Shown here in pieces: positions 41,781 to 52,656 of a stretch of DNA of 64,000 bases. The notes below the pieces were generated by a model. The model did not search any database, was not told where the DNA came from, and saw nothing but the letters and a program-made list of their open reading frames with translations. Where the stretch lies: NCBI GenBank assembly GCA_019058445.1, contig JAHPZA010000010.1, positions 1-64,000 of the forward strand. The letters run 5' to 3'. The position numbers and the translations under genes are program-made. Source of the DNA: Promethearchaeota archaeon (GTDB lineage: Archaea; Asgardarchaeota; Lokiarchaeia; Sigyniarchaeales; SOKP01). The first letter of the stretch is position 1; the number at the start of each line of letters is the position of its first letter.

Positions 41781-42974
41781 TTAGATCGTGTGTATCTCAA
41801 TAATGTCATTATCTTTCATTTCATAATCTAATCCAACTTTTTTACGCTTTTGGCGAGCTTCTTTACGAATGATAATCGCATAGTCAAAATTTTCTAAGAA
41901 GCTTCTATGAATCTTTAATGCCACATCTTTTACTTTTGAAGCTTTATCTATTAAGAGTGGTTTTTCAGCAACATTTCCAGATTGAGAAGTGTATACTTTT
42001 ATCTTTTCTAAATATTTTAGGATCATATCTCCAAAATCATCTGGAAAATTCCTTTTTTTGGTACTGGTTCCCAAAATTATTGAAAAATTATTAGAATATA
42101 ATTCTTTTAGAAGCTGAAAGTTCGCTTCTGTATGTGGGAGGTCTCCTTTAGTTGCTAATATTATTGCCTTTTTATACACCATCGCAGGGATTAAAGCATC
42201 CACTACTTGTTCAAGGGTAATCGATCCAAAAACCTTTACTACCGCATTCCTTATACCATTTTCATGTACAATTTCCTTAATTTTTTCCGTAAAACTCACT
42301 AAATCTGGGTTATTTTTAGCTTCTTTTGTCAAATAAAAGACTTGAATCTTGTTAGAACCTGTTTTTTCTATATTGATTGGCGGAACAGGAACATTTATTC
42401 TAATATCTGAATTAGTAAGTTCAGTTAGCATCAAATTCATTTGTTCCTTAATATTTCTAGATAAATCCACACAGAGACAAATTAAATCACAAGCTCTAAG
42501 TTGAGAAAGGATCTCTTTTCCATTTCCCACTCCTGTCGATGCTCCCTCCATTAAAGAAGGCATATCAACAATTTGAATCCGAATTTCATTAAAAGTATAT
42601 ATACCAATTTCAGGAATTGCCGTAAATTTGCCTATTTGTTCTTTAGCTGCCCCAGTTAATAAATTTAAAAGTGATGTTTTACCAACACCTGGAGTGCGGT
42701 AATCACTAATTAGAATTAATTGGATTCCCTCTTTTTTTATTGAAAAAGGACTTACAATTTTCCCTGTACTTTTTGCCCGTTGCCTATGTTCTTCTTGCTG
42801 GCGTCTTAACTTTGCAAGTCTTGACTTGTTTAAGGCAACAATTTTTTCCGTAGCTTTATGTTTAGGGACTAAAGATATGAATTCTTCTAATCTTTTTATT
42901 TTCTCATCCAAAGAAGAAGCATCCAAATATCGTTGATAAGCTGCTTTTGCCTCAGGACCAATATTGGAGCTCAA
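41781..42974 (-). CDS. DRG/OBG-family GTPase with C-terminal TGS domain
   Basis: PKHKATE, GVGKTSLL, FT, IQIVDMP, TKGD, VKDVALKIH..KVGLDYEMKDNDIIEI. Confidence 0.88.
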   Translation of the reverse strand: MSSNIGPEAKAAYQRYLDASSLDEKIKRLEEFISLVPKHKATEKIVALNKSRLAKLRRQQEEHRQRAKSTGKIVSPFSIKKEGIQLILISDYRTPGVGKTSLLNLLTGAAKEQIGKFTAIPEIGIYTFNEIRIQIVDMPSLMEGASTGVGNGKEILSQLRACDLICLCVDLSRNIKEQMNLMLTELTNSDIRINVPVPPINIEKTGSNKIQVFYLTKEAKNNPDLVSFTEKIKEIVHENGIRNAVVKVFGSITLEQVVDALIPAMVYKKAIILATKGDLPHTEANFQLLKELYSNNFSIILGTSTKKRNFPDDFGDMILKYLEKIKVYTSQSGNVAEKPLLIDKASKVKDVALKIHRSFLENFDYAIIIRKEARQKRKKVGLDYEMKDNDIIEIHTI

Positions 42975-43000
42975 ATCTTATCACATTGACACAGTGATTT

Positions 43001-43453
43001 TCAAAAAAGGCTCTTAAATCTATCTTCTGTTTTTAATTTTAAATCTCCAAGAGTATTATCTATTCTAGCATTAAATTTCTTGAAGAATTTCCCTTTCTTT
43101 GAAAAAATATCATTAATGGAATATCTATTTAAGAAGTTTTGAAGTATTTCGTATAGAAGTTTCTTGACTACATCAGAATCTGTTTCTTTTTCAATAATCG
43201 CATAAGCAAGTAGAGGTTGTATATTTTTATCATCTCCACCTGGCAACGCAATCATTTCACAATTACATACAAGTTTAAGAGATGCCAGACTAACTACGTT
43301 TATATCATCACCAAATACCTCTGAAGTGAAGCTCTCTAGAGCTGAGAGGAATCCTGCTCTTAAATCAGGTTCTAATACATCTGAGGATGAATAATATTTA
43401 GTTTCTATTAAACTGCGGTTCCCCAGATTAATACCACATTCAAGTATGGCCAT
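43001..43453 (-). CDS. stand-alone longin-like protein
   Basis: DLRAGFLSALESFTSEVFG, LYEILQNFLNRY, FKKFNARID. Confidence 0.6.
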   Translation of the reverse strand: MAILECGINLGNRSLIETKYYSSSDVLEPDLRAGFLSALESFTSEVFGDDINVVSLASLKLVCNCEMIALPGGDDKNIQPLLAYAIIEKETDSDVVKKLLYEILQNFLNRYSINDIFSKKGKFFKKFNARIDNTLGDLKLKTEDRFKSLF

Positions 43454-43536
43454 TTCGGCTTCTTTATTAATATATTTTTTGTTCTTTCTTTGATATGTAT
43501 ATGAATAATTTGATTATTTAATTTTTGTTTTTTTTC

Positions 43537-44406
43537 TTACTCTATATTCAATTGTTTCTTATATGTAATATAAGTATTTTGAAGTAAAAAACTGACTGTC
43601 ATAGGACCAACACCCCCAGGCACTGGAGTTATTTTACTACACTTGTCTATAACCCCATCAAAATCTACGTCACCACATAATTTACCATCAACTCTGTTTA
43701 TTCCAACATCGATAATAACTACGTTATCTTTTATTTTTTCTTTTGTTATAAAATTTGGACGTCCAACAGCAACAATTAAAATATCAGCATTCTTAATATA
43801 GCTGTTTATATCTCTGGTTGATGTATGGCATACTGAAACTGTAGCATTCCGCTTTAAAAGCATAAATATTAGTGGTTTACCTACTAAGTTAGAGCGATTA
43901 ATAATAGTAACATTTTTTCCTTTAATCTCAATATCATTATGTTCTAACAACGCAATTATCCCTTTAGGAGTACATGCTGCCATGGTTTCGTCATAATCAA
44001 AAAGCTTACCCCTATTGCAAGGATGAGAGCCATCAACATCCTTTATTGGTGATATCTGTTCAAGAAATTCAATAGTATGTTTCCTTAGGTGTTGAGGTAA
44101 CGGTAACTGTAATAAAATTCCATGGATGGATTTATCTTTATTTAATTTTCTTATATTCTTAATCAATTCATGCTTTGAAATATTTTCTACTAAATTAAGC
44201 ATCACAGACTCTATTCCAACGTAGGCTGATGTTTTATGCTTTATATTTACATAAATTTTTGAGGCTGGATCTTCACCAACTAAAATAGTAGCCAATTTTG
44301 GTCGGATTTTGAGAGTATTTGTTAAATCATGAATATTTGATTTTAATTCTAAATTTAATTTATCAGCTAATTTCTTTCCATCAAGAATTTTATCGTTGCT
44401 GAGCAT
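43537..44406 (-). CDS. folD: bifunctional methylene-THF dehydrogenase/cyclohydrolase
   Basis: ILDGKK, VGEDPASKIYV, GILLQLPLP, KDVDG, CTPKG, TPVPGGVGPMT. Confidence 0.96.
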   Translation of the reverse strand: MLSNDKILDGKKLADKLNLELKSNIHDLTNTLKIRPKLATILVGEDPASKIYVNIKHKTSAYVGIESVMLNLVENISKHELIKNIRKLNKDKSIHGILLQLPLPQHLRKHTIEFLEQISPIKDVDGSHPCNRGKLFDYDETMAACTPKGIIALLEHNDIEIKGKNVTIINRSNLVGKPLIFMLLKRNATVSVCHTSTRDINSYIKNADILIVAVGRPNFITKEKIKDNVVIIDVGINRVDGKLCGDVDFDGVIDKCSKITPVPGGVGPMTVSFLLQNTYITYKKQLNIE

Positions 44407-44489
44407 TTTTAATCCTTTAAATGATTAATTTATTAAAAAGATAAATCGAAAATTGGAATAATACAATAATAAATAAAATTATAGAAATT

Positions 44490-45662
44490 TTATAGTCTTC
44501 TTTTTCTCCTAATAATAATAATTGCTACGGCTACTATACCTATAGCAACTAATAATCCGACTAATATCCAATAATTAAACTCTACCATAAAGATTTCCTC
44601 ATTCAATGATACTGAATCAGCATCAAGTAGGTTTATAATTTCAAGTGCGTAATAAGAATTTATCACTGAGGAATATTTCTGTTCATCCCCATCGTCAATA
44701 TCTTTAAAACCCCCATCTTTGAAGTTTTGACGATTCAAAATCCACTCTAAAGTCTCTTCTTCATTCTCTAGTTCACCGTCATCAATTAGAGAAATACCCA
44801 TTATGCAATAAAACGTGCTACTAATCATCGTATTTTCAGCATTATCATCGGGATAGTATCCACCATAGTTTTCTTCATCATTTTCGTTATCTTCATAAAA
44901 TGATTGAAGATAATCAATTGTAGAATCTTTACCAGCTAGTTCATCAACATCGTCAATCTCATCCATACTAAATATCGCATAATAGGTATTAAGAATAGTT
45001 GAGGATGAATCAATACTACCCCCATATCCACCATCACCATTATAACATGACCCAATCCAGTTTTTTGTTAATGTTTTATTAGCGTAATCCTTGTCGAGTA
45101 AATCATAGATTTTTAATGCAAAATATGTTGACGCCATAGTAGCGGAAGTTGACGTTTTTGAAGCAGCATAGCCACCACCATTCTGTAAAAGAGAATCTAC
45201 AAAAGTTCTAATTTTACTCTTTACTGATGAACTCACTTCGTAATCCTCATTAGTATCTTCTAATAGTTCCAAGGATTTCAAGAAAAAATAGAGTTTATAA
45301 ATATCGGGATCTCCACTATCAACTTCACCCTCGGCACTATCTTCCAATTCCTCAGTAAGGTCAGTTGTATTAATTTCTTTTGTAGTAACTTCAAAAGGAT
45401 TTTGTTCATTTTGAAAATACTCTTCTGTTTTTAATAAATTAAATTCTTCTAAAATCTCAAGAGCATAGGCAGTAGCATCTGCTAATACTTCATCATCATT
45501 ATCCACCGAATTTGAAAATCCCTCATCATGAATTTCACATTCATAGAGAAAATCAGTTATATAAGTTTTTCGTGGTTTAGCTAATACTGAAGGGATAATT
45601 GAAAAAGTGATAATAAAAACTAAGCTGAAAATTAGTAAAATTCGAATCTTCGAAGTTTTCAT
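44490..45662 (-). CDS. secreted, membrane-anchored prenyltransferase/squalene-cyclase repeat protein
   Basis: Signal peptide; repeated QNGGGY/DGGYGG/DGGF...STYFAL units; C-terminal TM plus RRKRR. Confidence 0.75.
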   Translation of the reverse strand: MKTSKIRILLIFSLVFIITFSIIPSVLAKPRKTYITDFLYECEIHDEGFSNSVDNDDEVLADATAYALEILEEFNLLKTEEYFQNEQNPFEVTTKEINTTDLTEELEDSAEGEVDSGDPDIYKLYFFLKSLELLEDTNEDYEVSSSVKSKIRTFVDSLLQNGGGYAASKTSTSATMASTYFALKIYDLLDKDYANKTLTKNWIGSCYNGDGGYGGSIDSSSTILNTYYAIFSMDEIDDVDELAGKDSTIDYLQSFYEDNENDEENYGGYYPDDNAENTMISSTFYCIMGISLIDDGELENEEETLEWILNRQNFKDGGFKDIDDGDEQKYSSVINSYYALEIINLLDADSVSLNEEIFMVEFNYWILVGLLVAIGIVAVAIIIIRRKRRL

Positions 45663-45798
45663 TACAATTATCCTAGAGCTAATTATATTTATTTTTTTAA
45701 ATTTAACTTGGAATTAAAAATTATCGATAAAAATAAAATAATGAAGCATAGATTTTTGAATTGTAATAATCAAATTAGGATTTAAGATAATTTATCAA

Positions 45799-47340
45799 TT
45801 AACCTGAAAAAATCTCCGAAATATCTTTATAAAGAAGTTCTGGATTAACCTGAAATTCTTCATAAGAAACAAATAAGGCTTGAAAGCTTGGAAGAGACCC
45901 TAATATGGAAGCTCCATTAAAAATTGCATATTGAAGATTATCTGGGATATAAAAATTAATAACTTTACTTGATGTATCAAGATCCATAAATTCCGATGCA
46001 ACTGCAGTTTTATTAATTACATCATCCATATTTTTCGTTGTCTCCAATGCATCTATTAGTGAACCACAATATGGACAAAATCGAGAAGTATCATCTTTTA
46101 TTTGTTTCATGCACTTAGGACATATCTTTTCAGATGGCGTCTTTTCTTTCTTTTCCGTTTTTCCGCTTAAATCTAAAGATATTTGGGGTGGTTTCATTTC
46201 GGCACCACATTCAGGACAATTCATTTTTCCATCAGCTAAATTTACTAAAGCTCCACATTGAGGACATGTATCTATTGATTTCATCATCCCCTCTAAAGCT
46301 TTAAGAGATTCAGATTCGGATTCATTCCTTTCTTTTTTTTTTCGGGGTTTAGGAATAGAGCCTAATTGTGGTAGTAAAGCATTTAATTCATGTCTTAATC
46401 TTTCTTCAAATCCGTTATACGATAAATTACCTCCAGACAAGACGATGTGACCCAATAATTCCGCCCAATGTTCATTACTTAACATTTGTAAACAATTAAT
46501 AATTGATTGTGGAATGCTCATTATATTGTAACCTAGCATAGAAGGTTGAAACATAACTTCTGGAGCTTCATAAAAAATATGGTTGGGAATTTCTTTAACC
46601 GATCCATCAGGCATAGGATATGTAAAAGTATCTGTTGCCTTAGGGGGATTTGCTGGATCTAATACAAAATAACAATTTTTTTCTTTAATTTCTTTTATTA
46701 TCTCTTCTGCTGCGCTGGATTCGATATTAATCCCTTCTCTCATTAAGAGAGATTTTAAATTATGATTAACATCTACTCCTGCAAGATTTAATTTTTGGAC
46801 AGCTTGATGATGAATAAGACCATTTATTATCGGAACAATCCATGACACCCCATCTCCACTTTCAATAACTAAACCAGTAGTAAGACCCACTGAAAAGCTA
46901 GAAAGTATAGGAGATTGCATCATTATTAAAGAATGTACCCTATGTGTTTCAAATAAGACTCTTGCGATATATTCTTTTGTTTCTCTTGGAACGAATGGAT
47001 GCTCAACATATATAATTGGATATTTTGAAAGGTCTTCAATTCTTAGGAGGGTATAAAAAATATGATTTAAAATTTCATAATAATCATTCCAATCCATAAT
47101 GTTTCCTCTCTGTATCGGATAGTTGACTTTTAGAACTCCCCGCATCCTCATCGCATCGTTGCCAACATAGACTTCCCTAGCACCTACATCCACCATAACG
47201 GATTTATATTTTTCTGTACCAGTTAAACATGGAAACACAAATCGCGGGCTCGGTTCACCAGCAAAACCAACTTTAACATACGCACTCCCGATATCTATAA
47301 TAATTGGTGTTCCTGGAAGAGGTATCGCATACATCATCAA
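45799..47340 (-). CDS. actin-family (actin-related) protein with zinc-ribbon insertion
   Basis: IIDIGSAYVKVGFAGEPSPRFVFP, YPIQRG, LFET, GLTTGLVIESGDGVS, EIKEKNCY, MPDG, APEVMFQP, IVLSGG, GASILGSL. Confidence 0.93.
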   Translation of the reverse strand: MMMYAIPLPGTPIIIDIGSAYVKVGFAGEPSPRFVFPCLTGTEKYKSVMVDVGAREVYVGNDAMRMRGVLKVNYPIQRGNIMDWNDYYEILNHIFYTLLRIEDLSKYPIIYVEHPFVPRETKEYIARVLFETHRVHSLIMMQSPILSSFSVGLTTGLVIESGDGVSWIVPIINGLIHHQAVQKLNLAGVDVNHNLKSLLMREGINIESSAAEEIIKEIKEKNCYFVLDPANPPKATDTFTYPMPDGSVKEIPNHIFYEAPEVMFQPSMLGYNIMSIPQSIINCLQMLSNEHWAELLGHIVLSGGNLSYNGFEERLRHELNALLPQLGSIPKPRKKKERNESESESLKALEGMMKSIDTCPQCGALVNLADGKMNCPECGAEMKPPQISLDLSGKTEKKEKTPSEKICPKCMKQIKDDTSRFCPYCGSLIDALETTKNMDDVINKTAVASEFMDLDTSSKVINFYIPDNLQYAIFNGASILGSLPSFQALFVSYEEFQVNPELLYKDISEIFSG

Positions 47341-47449
47341 ATTTTTCTTTTATAGTTTTGTTGTTCTTTAAAAAAAATAATATGGTTTTTTCTAATTAAT
47401 TTTATTTTTTTATTCTTTTCTTTATTAATTAAAATTTATTAATTAAAAT

Positions 47450-47890
47450 TTATACTTGCTTTAAATATTCAAGGAGTTTTTTTAAAATCATTTTTTCCAA
47501 TACTAGTCCAATTAATTCATTACTTCTATCTTTAACTACAGGTAATCGTTCGATATTATTTTCGAACATTATTTCTAAGGCCTTCTTTATCGTGTCATTT
47601 TCTGTTACTGTGTATGGTTCAGGAGTCATTAGATTTTTAACTATAGTATTTGACGATTCTAAACTAATCGCAAATCTTGCTAATCTTATATCTCTTTGCG
47701 TGATAATCCCAATAACTTCCTTTTTTTCATCAACGACAGGAAGTCCATTAACATTTTTTCTTAACATTAATAATTCGGTCTTCGAAATCTTCTCGTTGGG
47801 GGTGGTATAGAGGGGATTATAGACCATGATTTCAGACACTTTTATTTCACCGAAGCTTTTTAAGCAGTCTTCCCCCATGACATTAACCAT
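47450..47890 (-). CDS. CBS-pair protein
   Basis: GLPVVD..GIITQRD; RLPVV..GLV. Confidence 0.9.
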   Translation of the reverse strand: MVNVMGEDCLKSFGEIKVSEIMVYNPLYTTPNEKISKTELLMLRKNVNGLPVVDEKKEVIGIITQRDIRLARFAISLESSNTIVKNLMTPEPYTVTENDTIKKALEIMFENNIERLPVVKDRSNELIGLVLEKMILKKLLEYLKQV

Positions 47891-47973
47891 TTAATAGAGA
47901 GTTATGTCCAAGTTAAAATTTCAAATTATAATGATTGAAGAACATAATCAATGTTAAAATTAAAATCTATTTA

Positions 47974-48354
47974 TCAGTTCATTTTTAAGTTATCTTTGAG
48001 CTTTTTTTCAATCTTTTCTATTTCTGATTGCAAATTAGTATAAGCTCTTAGAAGATGTTTACCAAATTCATTAAGTCGTACCCATCCACCTCCTCCACGT
48101 CCGCCTTTACCTGTATCAACTGGAGAAGCCCCAGTCCGTCTCTCAATTCTCTTTAAGATATTCCAAGCATATTTGTAAGAATAATTGCACTCTTTTGCTG
48201 CTTGAGTAAGAGAACTACTCTTATTTTCGTCAAGATTCTTTAATAAATTCGCCCATCCCGAACCTAAAATACTCTTATTTTCGTATTCTAACCAAAATTT
48301 TATACCAAAACCGATTTTTTTTTTCAAATCTTCAAGATCGGGTTCTCCTTCCAT
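47974..48354 (-). CDS. ModE-type N-terminal winged-helix regulator
   Basis: SLTQAAKECNYSYKYAW, GGRGGG..LNEFG. Confidence 0.88.
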   Translation of the reverse strand: MEGEPDLEDLKKKIGFGIKFWLEYENKSILGSGWANLLKNLDENKSSSLTQAAKECNYSYKYAWNILKRIERRTGASPVDTGKGGRGGGGWVRLNEFGKHLLRAYTNLQSEIEKIEKKLKDNLKMN

Positions 48355-48452
48355 AAATAAAAATTGTTTTTGGAGTATATTAACTTTTATAATGAAAAAA
48401 CATTAAAATAAAGCCATTTTTATTCTTTTAAATATAAAAGGATTTAAAGCGC

Positions 48453-49202
48453 ATGGTCTTTTCAAGTAGAACGACTGTAAAAAATGGTAAAGAACTTATT
48501 AAGAACGTTTTTTATTTCCAAGAAGATGCGATGCTCGATTGCAACGTGTATTGTATAGTTGATCATGAAACTGATGAAATTGCTCTTTTTGATGCGGGTA
48601 ATGGGATATCCTTGAAAGCTTTAATTGAGGGTATGAAAAAATTTGATTTGCAATTTGAAAACATTACAAAAGTCCTATTAACTCACGAGCACGTGGATCA
48701 TGTTCTAGGAATTTATCCACTGACAAAAATTTTGAAAGATACTCCTCCACAAATTTATGCATATGGAAGAACTGCTGATATATTAAGGAATGGAGATGAA
48801 TCCCAAATATTTCCAAGAGGATTAGGGATTACTCCTAAAATGCTTGGACTGGAGATTGTCCCTCTAAATGTAATTGATTTAAAGGAGCATAAGGAATTTA
48901 AAATTAATTCTGAATTTACGTTCCAAATCCATTATACTCCAGGGCATTCAATTGGATCTGTTAGCTATTATGAGTCCTCTCAAAAACTATTGATCCCCGG
49001 GGATTTAGTGTTTTGTGGGGGATCTTTTGGAAGGTTTGATTTCCCCGGAAGTTCATTAACCAGTCTTCAAAAATCAATTAAGCAAGTAAATGATTTAGAT
49101 GTAAAATATCTTTTACCAGGACATATGAGTATAAGTGATAATGGAAATCAACAAATTCAACTTTCTTATAGAATGGTTATGTCTATTAGTGATTTTAGGT
49201 AA
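48453..49202 (+). CDS. MBL-fold metallo-hydrolase
   Basis: THEHVDH, TPGHS, GD, PGH. Confidence 0.92.
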   Translation: MVFSSRTTVKNGKELIKNVFYFQEDAMLDCNVYCIVDHETDEIALFDAGNGISLKALIEGMKKFDLQFENITKVLLTHEHVDHVLGIYPLTKILKDTPPQIYAYGRTADILRNGDESQIFPRGLGITPKMLGLEIVPLNVIDLKEHKEFKINSEFTFQIHYTPGHSIGSVSYYESSQKLLIPGDLVFCGGSFGRFDFPGSSLTSLQKSIKQVNDLDVKYLLPGHMSISDNGNQQIQLSYRMVMSISDFR

Positions 49203-49218
49203 TATTATTCAAAAAAAA

Positions 49219-50579
49219 TTACTTTAGATAAACTTGAAATTCTGCTCTTCGTCTTTCTAAATGGGAAGGAAGAGTTCCAAAAAGAGAATATATCTTTAAT
49301 TGTTCAAATGTCATCCCAAATTTCTTTTTTATTATCCGAGTGCTGTGATTAGTAATATTTGAGTTTTTATAACCGAATCCTCCAAGATCTCTTATTAATT
49401 GAGCCACAGAATATCTTATATGATTTGATTCGTAATTTCGAATTAGATTGATTGCTTTTTTGAAATAATTTCTCATCCACCTGTCAAAGTTAATTCTAAC
49501 TGGAACTTCCAAAGATTGAATATATGTATTGAAATCGCATTTCTCAAAAAAATCCAGTCCCTCAATTAATTTAAACATTCGTTTATTCCATAAATTCTCT
49601 CCTGCATTATTTATTTCAAATTTCCTTCTAAGATATGACATACTTTGTTTAAAATCAAGATCCATCATTTCATTAAATAATTCTGGACCTAAATTTAAGT
49701 AAAATGCACCTGTCTTAGAGCCTATTATATTCTTAATTCCAAATAGTCCCTTAATTTGTTCTAGAAATTTGAAACTACCACTTGTAATTCTTGTAGCATC
49801 TTTAGTTCCATCCCCATCATAATATCCAAGCAAAAATGCTAGATATAATTTTCTTAATACTTGAAAAGAAATTCCTTTTTTTCTGAAATCTGGTAATTCA
49901 ATATTTTTTGATTTTTTTTTTCCTGGGATTAATCCCAGACTAATCAAAGGTTTTACTAAGTCATTATTTGAAATCCTCATACCAAATTCATAAGGTTTTT
50001 TTAATATTTTAGCTGTATTTTTATTCAACCTAACAATTCAGTAAGTCTTCTTACCGCAATTTCTTTTTCAACATGACGATTATCAGGTTTAGGTTTTATT
50101 GATTGAGAAAACTTTAGTCTATAAAATAGTATCTCAACTCCATTTTTATCAATATAAGTATCTATTTGAATAGATCCATCGGCAAACAAAAATCCAAGCC
50201 AATAAGCCTTTTCTAATGTGTTGATAATTCTGAAAAAGTCTTTTTGAAAATCTGGATGATTTTGATATACATTTCCAAATTTGTTTGATTTAAGATAAGT
50301 ATCTAAAAAGTCAGAAACCGTATTACTTATATATCCAAATTCTTGCCATAAATAATATTTATAATATTCTATTGTTTCTTTTAATAACACATGATTTGGA
50401 TTTTTTTTTATTTGTGCTTTAATATGTTTAATATGATTTTTCACCATGCCTAAATAAAGGTTTAAATCTCTGTTTGTTAATGTCCTATCTATTAAATTCC
50501 CATAATCATTTCTGACTAATTTTTTAAGGTCTTCATAAGGAACAAGTTTTTTAATCCACTCTCTTAAATCTTCAAACAA
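49219..50579 (-). pseudogene. frameshifted two-motif LAGLIDADG endonuclease-like gene
   Basis: AYWLGFLFADG in 50025-50579 and AFLLGYYDGDG in 49219-50028; junction GGT TGA AT would read GLN with one added T, matching ELGLNP in the 20193 paralog. Confidence 0.8.
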
Positions 50580-50602
50580 ATCAACTGTTTGATATTTATT
50601 AT

Positions 50603-51850
50603 ATGAATAATATGGAATATGAAGAAACCAAAGAGAAATTCAAAAGTTTTTTCATTCAAAATGGATGTGAAATTTTAGAGGAGAATGATGATAAGCTGGT
50701 TTTCAAATATTTGGCTGAAGGATTTTCATTTTCTTTTCAAGTGGACAGAGAAAATATTGAAGCTTATAATAATGTAAATTCAAGTTATAAAGTAAATCAT
50801 CCAACTGATTGTTCAATAATGAATGATAATTATAGAGAGGTATTAATTGATTTTACTACTTACAGGGATACACTTGACGAAAGGAGTGAGATATTCTTTG
50901 GAGATAAAGAGAATATTTACATAAGAATCGGCAGAGCTAGTAATAATTTTATGATTGCCTTCCTCCTAAACAAAAATCTGTTTAATTATAGCAAGCTTTT
51001 TACTACTCCTGAGGATGAAGAAGACCAAAATATTCTTGAATTTTATGATAGCCCTTTTACCATTAGTATCTATAATTTGAGTCAAAAAAATGAAGATGAA
51101 AGAATTAAATTTTCAGATAATATGTTCGAGACATGCCTGTTTCAACTCGCAAATTTTAAAAATATTTGCACAGAAATAATTATTGATTGGAATAAATATT
51201 ATGAGGAACTAGAAGTAGATTATGACTACGAAGATATTCTAGAACAGAAATTTGATTTGCCTAAAGTATTTTACAATAAAGATCTTATTAGATACTATAT
51301 ATTAGGGAAGAGTAGTGCCTTCAATACACATGAGTTTCTTGCGTTTTACCAAATTTTAGAATATTTTTTTATACAAGTGTCCGATGAAAATCTTTATGAG
51401 AAATTATCTTATGAAATTAAAGATCCTTCATTCAAACCAAAAGATCATTATTTAGCTAAATTGGTAAGAATTATGAAAGGTCATTCACGAAAAACTAATG
51501 AGACTGAAATGCTTAAGAATGTGTTAAAGAAGTTTACAGATTATGAGGATCTTAAAAAATTTATTGAAGATTATGAAGAAGAAATAGGGGAATATATCTA
51601 TACAAAAATTAATAAGATATTTGGAGAAGAAATGGTGGTAAATTTAGAAGAAGGTCATATTTATGGGAATATTGCTAAAATAATAAAAATAATCAGAAAT
51701 GCTTTGGTTCATTCCTCCGATATATATGGATATGAAAGACAAGAGCGATATATTCCATTCTCAGAAAGTGAAGAGATCGTCGAAAAACACATACCTTTAA
51801 TAAAATTTCTTGCAGAAAAGGTATTATTTGCAACTTCTCAATTTATTTGA
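50603..51850 (+). CDS. putative HEPN-domain protein (ApeA-like)
   Basis: FLAFYQILEYFF and C-terminal IRNALVH (R-x4-H). Confidence 0.65.
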   Translation: MNNMEYEETKEKFKSFFIQNGCEILEENDDKLVFKYLAEGFSFSFQVDRENIEAYNNVNSSYKVNHPTDCSIMNDNYREVLIDFTTYRDTLDERSEIFFGDKENIYIRIGRASNNFMIAFLLNKNLFNYSKLFTTPEDEEDQNILEFYDSPFTISIYNLSQKNEDERIKFSDNMFETCLFQLANFKNICTEIIIDWNKYYEELEVDYDYEDILEQKFDLPKVFYNKDLIRYYILGKSSAFNTHEFLAFYQILEYFFIQVSDENLYEKLSYEIKDPSFKPKDHYLAKLVRIMKGHSRKTNETEMLKNVLKKFTDYEDLKKFIEDYEEEIGEYIYTKINKIFGEEMVVNLEEGHIYGNIAKIIKIIRNALVHSSDIYGYERQERYIPFSESEEIVEKHIPLIKFLAEKVLFATSQFI

Positions 51851-52170
51851 TATGGCTGCAAATTTTTTTTAATATAGATAATTTATTTTTTTTAAAGGTA
51901 TAAATAGTTTCAATTTAAATAATGTCTTACTGATTTTCTATGATTTTAAAATCATGCGAAATCCAAAATTATATAATTCAAATGAATTATATTGAATTGG
52001 TTCACTATTTAGAAATCCAATTTTAAAGGCTTCCCTATATGATCCAGTTCGCACAAAGGGTGAAAACTAAATATTATTAATTATAATCTGAGTAATTGTT
52101 CAATAGCTATTTTTGCAGCATTTTTTCTTAATATTCTAATTTAAAGTAGTCTCTGTGAATATGGTGAATA

Positions 52171-52211
52171 TGGACCTGACGGGACTCGAAACTGTGACCT
52201 CTTGAGTGCAA
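52171..52211 (-). pseudogene. degenerate 3' half of tRNA-Ala(TGC); probable integration (att) scar
   Basis: Minus strand TTGCACTCAAG-AGGTC-ACAGT-TTCGAGT-CCCGT-CAGGTCC-A: anticodon, variable loop, T-loop, acceptor 3' strand; T-stem has two mismatches; no 5' half. Confidence 0.7.
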
Positions 52212-52656
52212 TTCTAGCTTATTCATGTATATGCATATGTAAAAATTTTTTTTTCTCTCATATAATGCTATAATTAATCCCATCCCTTTTCACTATATAT
52301 CACTTAAATTTGCTTTATAATAAAAGATGGATGACCTTCCGACTATTATTCTTAGGTTTCTTAAAAATTAATAGGAAATAGAAATATACCTTGGATATGC
52401 TTTTGAAGAGATTGAGTATTAAAGTCTAATTTTGGTAGTTCCAATTACTTGTATGTTTGATTAATTTTCTGATAATATGGTTTAAAATTTAATTTTAAAG
52501 ATTGGTGGAAAATTTACTTATGCTCCAAAATGTTTTTGGACATAAATAGAGTTATATTTGTCAACTACTTGAATAGAATATATCCACAAATAAAGAAGAT
52601 TAAATTTATTTACAAATAAACAGTAAAATTAGATTAAATGAAGAATTATTATTATT

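Noticed and set aside
50020-50065. Intron or programmed frameshift at the LAGLIDADG break (hairpin CGGUAAG/CUUACUG nearby)
   Set aside because: The hairpin lacks BHB geometry, lies upstream of the break, and no slippery heptamer is present; a 1-nt deletion is simpler
52171-52211. Functional tRNA or trans-spliced split-tRNA half
   Set aside because: No 5' half, two mismatches in the T-stem, and no evident complementary leader
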